Assembly (NCBI RefSeq): GCF_009914755.1
Contig: NC_060947.1
Strand: one strand, 5' to 3'
DNA from: the human T2T-CHM13v2.0 reference genome, Homo sapiens
DNA: 64,000 nt
Below the pieces are notes generated by a model. It saw nothing but the letters and a program-made list of their open reading frames with translations, did not search any database and was not told where the DNA came from. This document shows, in pieces, positions 38,796 to 57,218 of the stretch. Both the position numbers and the translations under genes were made by a program. Each line of letters opens with the position of its first letter. Positions within the stretch are counted from its first letter, which is position 1.

Positions 38796-41700
38796 TAGTA
38801 TGAGGGGATTTTTACAGCAGAAATAGTGTGGACAAAAAGGAAGCCTGTGTGGGAGAAAGGGCAGGTCTGTAGCAGAATTGTGGGCACAGTGCTCTTCTGC
38901 TACGCCACTCTCCTGCTTATGCCTCCATTGCAATAAAGAGCTCAAATTTCAAGCTTGCAGGAAAAAAATTAAATTGAAACAGAGGTCCACAATTTGACAT
39001 AATTAGATATTATTGACAAAATTATTTTCACAACAAAAAGAAAAAAGGCTCTGATTGGCTTTTGTGCCTCTACAAAATAGGTTCTGAATTAACATCAACA
39101 TTTGCTGAAAGAACAAGAAAAAAGGAACAAAAAAGAAAAAAGAAAAGAACAATAAAAAATCATTTGCCGAAATGCACTAATTGGCAGGCTTTCATGGACT
39201 TAATCAATACTGAGGCTCAAATTACAGTTATACATGGGGACCCATTATATTTAAACAAGATACCCCCTAAAATCTTAAGGGAGTTGCCAAATATAAAATA
39301 GAGGACAAATAAATATGCCTCACCTTAACCATCAGAATTAATATTTTGTCTAAATTCCTTATGGTCGTAGTACCCATTATCCTAAAGTATCCTGTGGTGG
39401 GCAAGGTTACTCTGACCCACGAAAAATAAAGTTAAATTATGTCTTTCACACTTAAAAACTGGCTAAACTAAATGAGATGCCATGGATCCCCCCAGTTAAA
39501 ATAATTACTATGGCCCAATGTAACTTAAAACAGAGCTTCAAGGGTTAAAACTTATTATTTAAGACCTAATTAGTGAAGGAGTGATTACTCCCACTGCTCC
39601 TCTATTTAACATCTCAATTGTCCTGATCTTAAACCTGAAAAGAATGAATGGGGCGTCACACTGGGTAGCTACAACCTCAATGCTATGGTCTCATCCACTG
39701 AGGCCCCCATACCCAATACTCAATATTATTGGAATTACTGACTCATCCAATGAGCAATTGGTAAATATTGTCCTATTTTAGATTTGGATATGTTCTGTTT
39801 AGTGTCTTTTTCATAGCCTCTCAATTGCATTTGTCTCCACCACCTAAAGGACACAATACGTGTTTGCCAGGCCTTGCCTGGCACATAATCTTTGCAGGCA
39901 AGATCCCAATTGCACTCACCTTTCTGTAGGGGCACACGTATGACCAGGTATGACATTACATTGATGACATCCTCCTCCAAGGAGATTCATCTGACACATT
40001 TATTAAGGACTTACAAATACAAAGGAGCTCACAAAAAGGGGGAAGAACATTGCTCCACACATAGTGTAAAGCCCCGCCACCTCTATTAAATTCCGGAACA
40101 TTATTTGGTAAACTGAAAGCTACTGTATTCCTGACATTGTTAAGAAAAAACTATCGATCCTTTTAGCACCCAGTGTTAGTATGTCCATCTTTTAGTACTT
40201 TTGGGGTTCTGGAAGCAACATATTCCTCAGTTTCAAATTTAATTAATTTCACTGATGTTGTTATTTGCAAATCAGCCCACCTTGAATGGATCCTTCTCCA
40301 ACAAAAAGCCTAGAATCTGTCCAAATTCAAATCAACAGGCACTCCTGTTAGTGTCCTCAGAGACTCATTCACCATAGAAGCTTTAGCAACCTCCTCTCAT
40401 GCCTTCTCGGGTCTCTGGACCACCTATGACGAACATAAGCAGTCCATAGGCTTCTGGTGCAAGAAACTGCACTGCCCTTCTCAGACCTGCACTATATACC
40501 ATTAGGGCAGCAATTGCTGGCCACATACTGGGCTATCCTGAAAATCTAGGCTCTTGCAGCCCCTGTACCTGTAATCTTCTATACCCAGCTGCTCATTATG
40601 TCTTGTGTTATGGAAGCAGAACCTCACAAGCACAGCACAGCTACTGAGGCCTCTTTGCTACAGAGCAGAGCCAAACCTGGTCACTCTAGTAAATCTTACA
40701 GGAGGGACTGGCCTCCCTTATTCTCAGTCTTGTTGGATGCCATAATACTGGAGGAAGTCAGCCCTCTCCCAGGCCCTTGGCTACCTGAAGAACCTCCTTA
40801 GGATCAACTGAGTGATCAGCAATAGAAATTCATACACTTTATGGATGATATCTTGCCATCATACATGATGGAGTTCAGCAGAATGTTCCTGCTTTTCCAT
40901 CCCTTAACCAGAATGTCCCTGAAAAGAATGGGACCCAAGAGTCAGCACAATTAGCCACACTTCAGGCAGTCATCTTAACATTGAATGCCCTGGCCAAAAA
41001 ATAGTTCCATCTGGACATTTTTGCAAACTCTTGGTCCACTGCCTAAAAGTTGCCTCCTTTGGGGTAAAGAACTCTGGGAATCTCTTGCCTCATAGATACC
41101 CAATCTGTAAATCAAGGTCACACACATCTCTACATATACTAAGGCCACAATACATGGCCTTACCAGGATACTTCTTATCCCCTTTGGAGTTCCAGACATT
41201 TCTGATATTGGCAAAGGCCCTCATTTCGCTTCTCAGAATACACAATGCTGAGCTATTGAAGAAAGCATTCAATGGAACTTCTACCACCCCTATAGGTCTC
41301 AGGCAGCTGGTTTAATTGGAAGCATAATGGGTTCTTCAGAGAACTCTAATTTAATTTGCAAAGTGACAAATGGACACCCCACTGGGTGTCACTGTTGCCA
41401 CAGACATTGATTAGTCTAAATTCATGCCCCCTGGGGACATGCCTTCCCTGTACCAATGTCACACAGGTCCCTCAAATGCCTTTATTGGCCATAAATGGGG
41501 ATACCTCTAATGTTAATGTATTTTTGATGACCACCTCACCATGTACCCATCTTTCTTCTGGTCAAGTGCCTACTTTGCTTCCTAGGAATGTTCTGCTTCT
41601 ATTCCCCCCAAAGTTGCAGTGATCAACAAGTTTAAACTGATGTCAAAACATCAAGGGGTCAGTTGTGATATAAATCCTAAAATTAATAGTAAGTGCTGCC

Positions 41701-42584
41701 TTGACATCTAGAAAAATCAGGAAGGTCTCAAATAGCCTAACCACAAGTTCCCTTCCCCATTCTGCTCCTACTGATAAGGTCCCCTAGCCAAAAAGCTCTC
41801 CTTATCACAGGGATCAGACACAGTTGTTATTTATCACTGAGTAGCAGGCCTCAGTCCCTGCCAGCCCATGTCATTATTCAAATGAGCCAATCACATTCTT
41901 CTGTGGGAACCAAGGATCACCTTATCCTCTTGATATTACAAAGTCTGCCTCCCACAGACCCTGCTTGTTCACTCTGGTCCCAAACACAAGCGCCTTGTGG
42001 TCTTGCATGGCATGTGTCTTCCTCCCCTGGGTCGTGGGTATATGTGACTAAAAAACTGCTGTTGATCTCATTTGTTCAGTGTCAGGTGTCTTCAGCCATC
42101 TCCATAACCCTAGGTTGGAGATCCATCCTTCACCAATGGGGTAAAGAAGTGATTATCAAAACAAAGAGTAACAAAGAAAAAATACACTGATATTGTCTTT
42201 TATATTTACTATGTAGTTAAATTTACTGGTTTATTTGCTTTTTCATGTAGATTCGAGTTGCTATCGCCTGCTTTTTCACTGTGGCCAGAAAACCCCCACT
42301 TTAGGATTTCTTGTAGGCACGTCTGCCAGCAACACTCTCAGTTTTTGTTTATCTGAGAATGTCTTAATTTCTTTTTCATTTTTAAAGAGTTGATTTGCTG
42401 GCTGTAGAATTCTTAGTTGACAATACTTTTATTTCAGCACTTTTAGTATGTCATCTTACTGCCTTCTGGTGTCCATGGTTTCTGATGAGAAATTAGCTGT
42501 TAATCTTGTTGAGTAACCCTTCTATCTAATGAGTCACTTCTCTCTTGCTGCTTTCAAGATTGTCATTTGACAGTTTGATTATAA

Positions 42585-42895
<311 letters not shown>

Positions 42896-44536
42896 AGATG
42901 TGGATCTTTTTAACTTTATACTACTTGGAGTTCTTTTTGTTTTTTGAATGTGTAGATTCTTGTTTTTAGTGAAATTCAGAAAGCTTTCTGTCATTATTTC
43001 TTCAAATATACGTTTTCTGCTATTCTCTCTCTCCTCTCTTTCTGGGTCTCCTATCATGTCTATGTTGGTATGCTTGGTCATGTTCAACAGCTCTATGAGT
43101 CTCTATGCATTTTTCTTTATTTTTTCTTTTTGCCCTTCAGATTCAATACTCTCAATTAACGTATCTTTAAATTCACTAATTCTTTCTTTGATTGGCTCAA
43201 TTCTGCTGTCACATTCCTCTAGTGACTTTTTCATTTGTGTTTTTGTACTTTTTGACTCCACACTTTCCTTTTCATTATTTTTATAATTTCTATTTCTTCA
43301 TTGATAATCCCTATTTGTTGAGACATCATTATTATACTTTCCTTTAGTTCTGTAGATTTGGATTCCTTTATTTGAGCATATTTAAATCATCTCACATAAA
43401 GTTTTTTGTGTAGTAATTGTGATGTCTGGGCTTTCTCAGGGACAATTCTTATCGACTGCCTTTTCCTACTGCCACCTTCCCCTGACACACCCACACCATT
43501 ATGGTCCATACTTTCTTATTTTTCTTTGTATTTCTCAATTTTTTTTGAAAACTGAATATTTTAAATAATGCAATGTGGCAATTCTGGAAATAAGATTCTC
43601 TCTTAATTCCAGGGCATGTTTTTGTTGCCATTTGTTTTTATTACTGTTGCTGTTTAATAATTTTACTGAAGTGATCTGTAAAGTTTATATTTTTGTCATG
43701 TGTGATCACTGATGTCTCTGCTTGATTAGCTTGGTGGTCAGCTAATGATGAGACAGATATCTCCTGAAGTGCCTAAAACCAATAAGGCTTCCACTCTTTA
43801 TTAAGGGCTCTGTGTTTATTTGGAGGCATTTGGCACTTGGCCAGTTGATTTGAAACTTTGTCGTGGCTTTCATCTCCTCCTCATGTGGGGCCTCAAAGTC
43901 AGTCAGGAATGACAGCTTTGGACATTCTCAGGTCTTTTCTGAACATGTTCACAGCCCTGGGAATGGGAAATCCTATGCATATGTATTCCCTCCTAGGTTC
44001 TTGAGAATTTGTCAGAGCTTGTCAAAGCCCCTGTGGAGTTTTAATTTCCCCATTTTTTATTTTAAGCTTTTTGGTCAGTCTACAATGTTTGCCCTAACTG
44101 TTATCCACTTCAACAGCAGGCAGCCATGATGTTAAACAATTGCCACTTATTGTTTTCAACAAATATCTTCAATGAAAGGCTTTTCACACTGAACAAGCTC
44201 TGAGTCAGGTAAAATAAAGACAAACTTTGTGAGTAGAGTCTTCCAGGGAACTATCATATGGGTCAAGTAATGACAATTACATGAGTATAGAGCTTTGAAG
44301 GAGCTCTAACTCCATTCTTCCTCCTCTAGTGACTTACAAGCTCCTGATTTTCCACATTATTGTGTGATATGTTTTCAAGGCTACTGCAGAGCTGGAGAGA
44401 AGGGGATGGGCATAGAACAAGTTAAAACATTGTAGAGCTTGTTGTTTTTGCATAATTTAGTTGTTTTTCTTCAACAAACACTTCCTGCTTCCTACAAAAC
44501 TTTGGTTAATTTCCAGAGTCTAAAAAGTTGATTCTG

Positions 44537-44845
<309 letters not shown>

Positions 44846-46581
44846 AAAAGTTGATTCTGGCCATTTTTGCCACCATTCTCATAGTTTCTTTGGAAAAATT
44901 TTTCTTCCTTACTACACTATTGCTTTTGACATCACTCTAATTCAATTTTGAACTTTTGGCATTTGAGATATCTGTAAGATATCCAGGTAGAGATACTAGC
45001 TGTGTTTAAAAATCTAAAGCTTGGCAGTGGGCATTCTGGTACAGAGATAAAAATGTGGAAGATGTCAGAATAGTTTAAAACATTGGAATGGATTAGAGAT
45101 ATTGTAGACACTTTTGATGAAGCAAAACAGTGAGAGAATTCGCTTTACCAAATATCAGACATATTATAAAGCTATAGTAAATGAGACAATATAATATTGG
45201 CAGAGGTAAACAAACAGACAAATAGTACAGAAAAGAGAGCCCTGAAGCAGATTAATATATATGGAGACTTCTTTTATGACAGAGGTAGCAATGCAGAAAA
45301 ATAGAATAAGGTGTGTAGTTTTAAGACCTCCAGTAAACAGATGCTAAATGGAGTTAGAAATACAAGAAGTTTATTGGGAGTGTGTGAGTATCATCTCTAA
45401 AAGATAAACAAGAAGGAAGCAGAATTGGGTAGTAAGAGTATATATGAACCTTACTTCAATTAATACCCTCAAATCAGTTACAAGTAGTTATAAATCTAAA
45501 TCCGAAAGGCAAAATTATGCTTTTAAAATATAAGTGATTATATTCACAACCATGGGCTAGTGAAGAACCTTTTCAGCAGTACACAAAACCATTAACCATA
45601 AAGGAAAGAATTCATAACTGACCACATTAAAATTAAATAGTCCAGTTCATCAAAAGACACCATTAAGAGAATTAAAAAGTGAGCTATAAGGTAGCATCTA
45701 TATCTGTCTATTGTCATCATGCCTATTCTTCTTTAATCATGATTTCCAATAGATAGATAGATAGAGCTATAAATATGTCTCAAATAAAGTTCTAGGACCT
45801 GGAACATATACAGAATTGCTGGAAAATGATACAAAATTTAAAAATGGGTGAAAACCATAAACAGTTACTTTACAAAAGTGAAAAATCCAAATGGCCAATA
45901 TACAAATGAAAATGTTCTCCATTGTGTCTAATGAGAAGTCAGCTATCTCATTCAGGTTCCCTTGTAGGTGATGAATCATTTTTCACTTGCCAATTTCCAG
46001 ATGTTCTCCTCGTCTTTGACTTTCAGCAGTTTTACTATGATGTATCTGTTTTTGTATATCTTTTTTTATTCTGCTTAGAAATTATTGAGCTTCCTAGATG
46101 TGTAGGTGTTTTGCAATAAATTTGTGAAATTTTCAGCCATCATTTCTTCAAATAATTTTTCTACTGTTTTCTCTCTCTTATGTTCTTCTGGTACTCCCAT
46201 TGCATGTATACCAGTGTCCTTAATGGTGTCCTAAATTTCCCTGAGGGTCATTTCATTTTTTTATTGATCTTTTTTTCTTGTTCTTTGGATTGGATAAACT
46301 CTGTTGGTCTATCTTCAAGTTGACCAATTCTTTCTTTTGCCAGTTCAAATCTACTGCTGAGTCTCTCTAGAGACATTTTTAATTCAGTTATTTTGCTTTT
46401 CAACTCCAGAAGTTAGATTTGGCTCTTTCTCATAATTTATATCCCTTTATTGATATTTTGTATTTGATGTGATACTGTCATCATGCCTTTTCTTCTTTAA
46501 TCATGATTTCCTTTCATTCTTTGAATATGTTCATAATGGCTATTTAGAAGTATTTGTTAAATCTATCATGTGGTCACTGTC

Positions 46582-47481
46582 TGTCTTAGTTGGTTCAGCT
46601 GCTATAACAAATACCGTAGACTGGGTAGCCTAAACAACAGAAGTGTATTTTCTCGCACGTATAGAAGCTGGAATTAAAAAATTAAGGTGCAAGCATAGTT
46701 GGGTTCTGGTCAGAGCCCTCTCTCTGGCTTGCAGATGGCTGCCTTCTTGCTGTATCATCACTGGGGGGAGAGAGCATGTGTGCAAGCTTCAGTCTCTTCT
46801 TCTTATAACGACACTAATCCCATCATGGGAGCCCTAACCTCATGCCCTCATCTAAACCCAGTTACCTCCCAAAGACCTTGCTATGTTTTGAGTGTGTCCC
46901 CCCAGTTTTCTTTTCTTTTTATTTTTTATGTTTTTAATGATGGGGTCTTGCTATGTTGCCCAGGTTGGTCTCAAACTCCTGGGTCAAAGCAATCCTCCTG
47001 CCTTGGCCTCCCGACTTGCTGGGATTACAGACATGAACCACTATGCCTGGCAAGTCCCCCACATTTTATGTGTTGGAAACTTAATCCCCAAATTGATATG
47101 TTGATGTCATTTGGCTGTGGGACATTTAGGAGGTAATTAGGATTAGAGAAGGTCACAAGGGTGGGGCCCCCATGATAGAATTGGTGGCTTTATAAGAAGA
47201 GACTTGAGCTGCTCTTGCTCTCTCAATATGTGATATCTTTTACTGTGTTACGATGCAGCAAGAGGGTCCTCATCAGATGGCAGCTACTAAATATTGGACT
47301 TCCCAGCCTCTAGGACCATAAGTTAAATAAACTTTTATTCTTTATAAATTTCTCAGTCTGTAGTATTCAGTTACAGCAACAGAAAATGGACTAAGACAGC
47401 TCCACTTTCAAATACCATCACAGTGGGGTTAGGGCTTCAACATATGAATTTTGGATGGACACAAACATTCAGTCCATAACA
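46582..47481 (-). mobile_element. MLT1A-type MaLR LTR containing an MST LTR (46879-47398, +) that contains an Alu monomer (~46905-47052, -)
   Basis: TSD CTGTC at 46577-81 and 47482-86; inner TGCTATG...GGACTAAGACA termini. Confidence 0.8.
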
Positions 47482-47955
47482 CTGTCACAAACAGTTTCTG
47501 TTGCCTGCCTTTCTCCCCTCATGTATAAATTATACTTTCCTGTTTCTTTGCATGTCTCATAATGTTTGTTGGAAATGGAATATTTTAGATAATATATTAT
47601 AGCAACTCTGGGTACTGATCCCTGCTTAAAGGCTTGTTATTTGTATTTGCTTGTTTTCATTTTGTTTTGTTTTGTTGTTTAATGGCTGTCTGGATTATTT
47701 CAGTGAAGTCTATTTCCTATTTACCATCACAATGTGAAGGCTGTGATATTGCTTCTTAGTGATGCAGCCTTGGGTATTCCCACCTTACCCGGTGATAACA
47801 ATGGTTTTCACAGGGCTCTCTTAGTCTCTTTATCCCTAACCAAACCTAGCTGTTAAACTCCACGAATTTTCAACTGATTGCCCTATTGTTTTCAACAATG
47901 CTCTGGGAGCATAAATTGCTCAACAGACTAATCCAATTAAATTCAGAATCCCTTG

Positions 47956-48132
47956 TACTCAGGGGGAAAAAGGTGGGAAGGGGGTGAAGGATAAAAGACT
48001 ACAAATTGGGTTCAGTGTATACTGCTAGGGTGATGGGTGCACCAAAATCTCACAAATCACCACTATCATGTAACCAAATACCACCTGTCCCCCAAAAACC
48101 TATGGAAATAAAAAATTAAACAAACAAACAAA
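47956..48132 (+). mobile_element. 5'-truncated L1P 3' end
   Basis: L1 3'UTR with A-rich tail; degenerate TSD ATTCAGA(A/C)TCCCTTG on both sides. Confidence 0.8.
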
Positions 48133-49965
48133 CATTCAGACTCCCTTGAAAGGACATTTCCTGAGGCAAGTATTTGAGGTTTGTTCTGACCCTTGAAAGT
48201 CTTCTTCTAGCTGTCTCTTTCCCAGGTTCTCTCCAGCAAACTAGCCAGCTTACAGTTTAGCTTGTGATGAATGAATCTCCCATTCTCCTGCCTTTCACCA
48301 CACTCTCCACTGTTTCTGAGAACACCTTTCAACTGGAACTTCTCTGCACTCTGTTGCAAATGAAGTCAGTTCATTTGGGAAGACATTCAGAGCTTTCTGT
48401 TTATGGCCTGCTTCTCCCACAAGACAAAATTTCTGAGCCATGGCCCTGGAGCTGGGGGTGGGTAAAACAGCACACTTTTTTCTGAGTGACACTCCCACTC
48501 TAGGAACTTAATGCTCCGTGAAGTGGGTGGGTCGGGGGGCAGTAGCGTTATGTCTCCTAGGCTTGCCTCTACCAGTATGAAACCACTATCTTACAAGCCA
48601 GGGCAAGGATGATCAGGGCCCCAGTATTCTTAGCAGTGCCATGCCCAAGGTAAAGCCTCCATCCCACCAAGTGGAGGATGGTTGGAAGAAGGAAACCCAC
48701 ACTTCTTGACTACATTCACTGGATCTTAGCCTCAGCAACAGGTAGTTGAGGGAAGGATGAAAAACACTCACATCCTGCCCCTCCAGAGAAGATAATCTTC
48801 CAGCTTGGAGCTGGGGGAAGATGGAGCCCTGTGTCCTTGGCTGTACCAATCTGGAGTGGAATTTCTTCTCACAGAGCTGGGAAAGAAGGGAGAGGATGAG
48901 TCTTGGTTCAAGTACCAAACTCTCAATGTTCTCACCGAGTTTTAATAGACTTTCTTGATTAGATGTTCCTTCATTCACTGTATGTCTTCATACTCATTTC
49001 CAGAGACTTTTAATGGTTTGGGGATTTTTTTCCTAATTTTTCATTTCATGGGAGAACCAGTCCACAGATCTCACATTCTTATGCCAGAAATGGAACTCCC
49101 ATACATATATTTTTCCTGAACCATATCAAAACATGTTGCAGACATTAGGAAACTTCATCCCTATGAACTTCTGCATGCATCTCCCAAATTAAGGACATCT
49201 TCTTATGTAACCACAATACATTATCATTCTTGAGTAAATTAACACAGTTCTATAGTATTATTTAATGAATAGTCCATGTTCAAGTTTCTCCAAGAATCTT
49301 TTATAATTTTTTAGGTGGGTAGGGTGGGAAGCCAGCAACCAAACAAGATTCACACACTGCATTTTGTTGCTTGTCCTTTTATATTTTTTTAACTTAAAAC
49401 AGACCTCCTAACTTTTCTTTTCATGTTATTGAAATTTTAGAGTCCCAACTAGTTTTCTTTTAGAAGTCTACATGGGATATGTTGCTTCTTGAATGCTGTC
49501 AGTCTTTTATTTCTTGACTTAGGCAGTGGTTATCCTGTGACGTTATCTTTATAAGTTTTCATTAGGCTGTACGGTAATATTTTATGCATCAAATCTGTAT
49601 ATAATCAGTACTAAAAATAAATGAACTATCAAACCATGAAAAGACATGGAGGAATTTTAAATGTGTATTACTAAGTGAGAGAAGCCAATTTGGATGGCTA
49701 CGTACTGTATGATTTCAGCTATATAACATTCTGGAAAAAGTAAAACTATAGAGATCATAAAAAGTCCAGTGGTTGCTAGGGGTTAGGAGGGAGGAAGTAA
49801 TCAATAAAGTGCAGAAGACTTTTAAGGCAGTGAAACTATTCTGTATGCTAGTACAATAGTCAATGCACGTCATTAATGTCTTTACGCATTCGTCAAAACC
49901 CTTAGAATGTGCAACACCAGGAGTAAACCCTAATGTAAACTATGGGTGATATTTGGGTGATAATG

Positions 49966-50770
49966 TTTCTTTCTTTTTAACTTTTATTTTAGGTGCAGGG
50001 GTACATGTGCAGATTTGTTATATAGGTAAACTCGTGTCATGGGGCTTTGTTGTACAGATTATTTAGTCACCCAGGTACTAAAACTAATACTCAATAGTTA
50101 CTTTTTCTGCTCCTCTCCCTCCTCCCACTCTCCACCCTCTGACAGGCCCCATTGTCTATTGTTCCCTTCTATGTGTCCATGTGTTCTCATCAATTAGTTC
50201 TCTCTTACAAGTGAGAACATGTGGTATTTGCTTTTCTGTGACTGCATTAGTTTGCTAAGGATAATGGCCTCCGGCGCCATCCATGTTCCTGCAAAACACA
50301 TGATCTTGTTCTTTTTTTTGGCTACATAGTATTTCACGGTGTATATGTACCACGTTTCCTTTATGTAGTTTGACATTGATGGGCATTTAGGTTGGTTCAG
50401 TGTCTTTGCTATTGTGAATAGTGCTGCAGTGAACATTCATATGCATGTGTCTTTATGGTAGACTGATTTATATTCCTCTGGGTATATACCCAGTAATTGG
50501 ATTACTGGATTGAGTGGTAGTTCTGTTTTTAGCTCTTTGAGGAACTCAACACTGCTTTCCACAATGGTTGAACCAATTTACACTCCCACCAATAGTGTGT
50601 AAGTGTTCCCTTTTCTCCATAACCTTGCCAGCATGTGATTTTTTTGACTTTTTAATAGTAGCTATTCTGATTGGTGTGAGATGGTATCTCACTGTGGTTT
50701 TGATTTGCATTTCTCTAATGATCAGTGATATTGAGCTTTTTTTCATATGCTTGTTGGCCACATGTATGTC
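49966..50770 (-). mobile_element. L1PA/PB 3' fragment inserted in an older L1M
   Basis: Minus-strand ORF2 C-terminal remnants (50194-50436, 50546-50761) and 3'UTR. Confidence 0.85.
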
Positions 50771-51112
50771 TCAATTTAGGTTCATCAGTTGTAACAAATG
50801 TACCACTCTGGTTGGGAATATTGATAATAAGAAAGCAATGCATACGTGGGGGTAGGGATTATATGGTGTATCTGTGCATCTTTCTCTCAGTTTTGCTGTG
50901 AGTCAAACCTGCTCTAAAAACTCTATTAAAATTGTTGTATGTATATTTCATAATTTTAAAAAGGGAAAAATGTCTGGAAGTAATTATTGTTATAGTGCTC
51001 ATTTTTTAGTGGGTGCATCAATATGTTAACTTTAGACTTAAGTATATTGAGCACTTCAAAGTCCAAATTCTATGCTTTTCCCATTACACCACTCTTCTTC
51101 TCTAGAAACAAG

Positions 51113-51718
51113 TTAAGAATTATTGACTTCCCAAGGTACCCTAAATTGAGTCCTGGTAAGTGAACAGCCAAATTCAATGCCTGGGTTAATTTTTGCAGTT
51201 GTTATAGCCTTTTCTTCTTCCCTACTTGTGAGGTTCTCCTTGCTGCCACATTGAAAGTTCCTTCTGGGAGTGGAGCGAAGATGGCTGAATAGGAACAGCT
51301 CCAGTCTACAGCTCCCAGCGTGAGTGACACAGAAGATGGGTGATTTCTCCATTTCCAACTGAGGTACTGCATTCATCTCACTGGGGAGTGTCAGAAAGTG
51401 GGTGCAGGACAGTGGGTGCAGTGCACCAAGCATCAGCCAAAGCAGGATGAGGCATCCCCTCACCCGGGAAGCACAACAGGTCAGGGAATTCCCTTTCCTA
51501 GTCAAAGAAAGGGGTGACAGATGGCACCTGGAAAATCGGGTCACTCCCGCCCTAATACTGCGCTTTTCCAATGGTCTTAGCAAATGGCACACCAGGAGAT
51601 TATATCTCGCGCCTGGCTCGGAGGGTCCTACTCCCACGGAGCCTCGCTCATTGCTAGCACAGCAGTCTGAGATCAAACTGCAAGGCGGCAGCAAGGCTGG
51701 GGGAGGGGCGCCCACCAT
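51113..51718 (-). other. L1 antisense ORF0, open for 201 codons and running into flanking DNA
   Basis: MVGAPPPALLPPCSLISDCCASNERGSVGVGPSEPG matches the ORF0 N-terminus; GCA-ATG-G Kozak context; no stop until 51113. Expression unknown. Confidence 0.65.
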
Positions 51719-52308
51719 TGCCAAGGCTTGAGTAGGTAAACAAAGCAGCCAGGAAGCTCGAACTGGGTGGAGCCCACCACAGCTCAAGGAGGCCTGCTTG
51801 CTTCTGTAGATTCCACCTCTGGGGGCAGGACATAGCCAAAAAAAGGCAGCAGAATCCTCTGCAGACTTAAGTCTGTGGTCTGACTTAAGTCTCTGTCTGA
51901 CAGCTTTGAAGAGAGTAGTGGTTCTCCCAGCACGCAGCTGGAGATCTGAGAACAGACAGACTGCCTCCTCAAGTGGGTTCCTGACCCCCGAGTAGCCTAA
52001 TTAGGAGGCATCCCCCAGTAGAGGCAGACTGACATCTCACAAGGTCAGGTACTCCTCTGAGATACAACTTCCAGAGGAAAAATTAGGCAGCAACATTTGC
52101 TGCTCAGCAATATCCCCTGTTCTGCAGCCTCTGCTGCTGATACCCAGGCAAACAGGGTCTGGAGTGGATATCCAGCAAACTCCAACAGACCTGCAGCTGA
52201 GGGTCCTGACTGTTAGAAGGAAAACCAACAAACAGAAAGGACATCCACACCAAAACCCCATCTGTACGTCACCATCATCAAAGACCAAAGGTAGATAAAA
52301 CCACGAAG

Positions 52309-53325
52309 ATGGGGAAAAAACAGAGCAGAAAAACTGGAAATTCTAAAAATCAGAGCACCTCTCCTCCTCCAAAGGAACGCAGCTCCTCACCAGCAACAGA
52401 ACAAAGCTGGATGGAGAATGACTTTCACAAGTTGAGAGAAGAAGGCTTCAGACGATCAAACTACTCCAAGCTAAAGGAGGAAGTTCGAACCCATGGCAAA
52501 GAAGTTAAAAACCTTGAAAAAAAATTAGACGAACGGCTAACTAGAATAACCAATGCAAAGAAGTCCTTCAACGACCTGATGGAGGTGAAAACCAAGGCAT
52601 GAGAACTACGTGACGAATGAACAAGCCTCAGTAGCCGATTCAATCAACTGGAAGAAAGGGTATCAGTGATGGAAGATCAAATGAATGAAATGAAGCGAGA
52701 AGAGAAGTTTAGAGAAAAAAATAATAAAAAGAAACCAACAAAGCCTCCAAGAAATATGGGACTATGTGAAAAGACCAAATCTACATCTGATTGGTGTACC
52801 TGAAAGTGACGGGGAGAATGGAACCAAGTTGGAAAACACTCTGCAGGATATTATCAGGAGAACTTCCCCAACCTAGCAAGGCAGGCCAACATTCAAATTC
52901 AGGAAATACAGAGAACTCCACAAAGATACTCCTTGAGAAGAACAACTCCAAGACACAAAATTGTCAGATTCACCAAAGTTGAAATGAAGGAAAAAATGTT
53001 AAGGGCAGCCAGAGAGAAAGGTCGGGTTACCCACAAAGGGAAGCCCATCAGACTAACAGCTGATCTCTTGGCAGAAACTCTACAAGCCAGAAGAGAGTGG
53101 GGGCTAATATTCAACATTCTTAAAGAAAAGAATTTTCAACCCAGAATTTCATATCCAGCCAAACTAAGCTTCATAAGTGAAGGAGAAATAAAATCCTTTA
53201 CAGACAAGCAAATGCTGAGAGATTTTGTCACCACCAGGCCTGCCCTAAAAGAGCTCCTGAAGGTAGCACTAAACATGGAAAGGAACAACCGGTACCAGCC
53301 ACTGCAAAAACATGCCAAATTGTAA
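52309..53325 (+). pseudogene. L1 ORF1, disrupted
   Basis: MGKKQSRKTGNSK start, premature stop at 52600-02, frameshifts, C-terminus ...QPLQKHAKL. Confidence 0.92.
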
Positions 53326-53388
53326 AGACCATGGATGCTAGGAAGAAACTGCATCAACTAACGAGCAAAATAACCAGCTAACATCATA

Positions 53389-57218
<3,830 letters not shown>

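Larger units (their letters stand above)
45920..49100 (-). mobile_element. Second old L1M 5' region (ORF1/5'UTR), antisense, with nested insertions
   Basis: Antisense ORF1-like tracts (atgagaagtcagct..., tttcagccatcatttcttcaaata) similar to 42480-43300; right boundary approximate. Confidence 0.6.
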
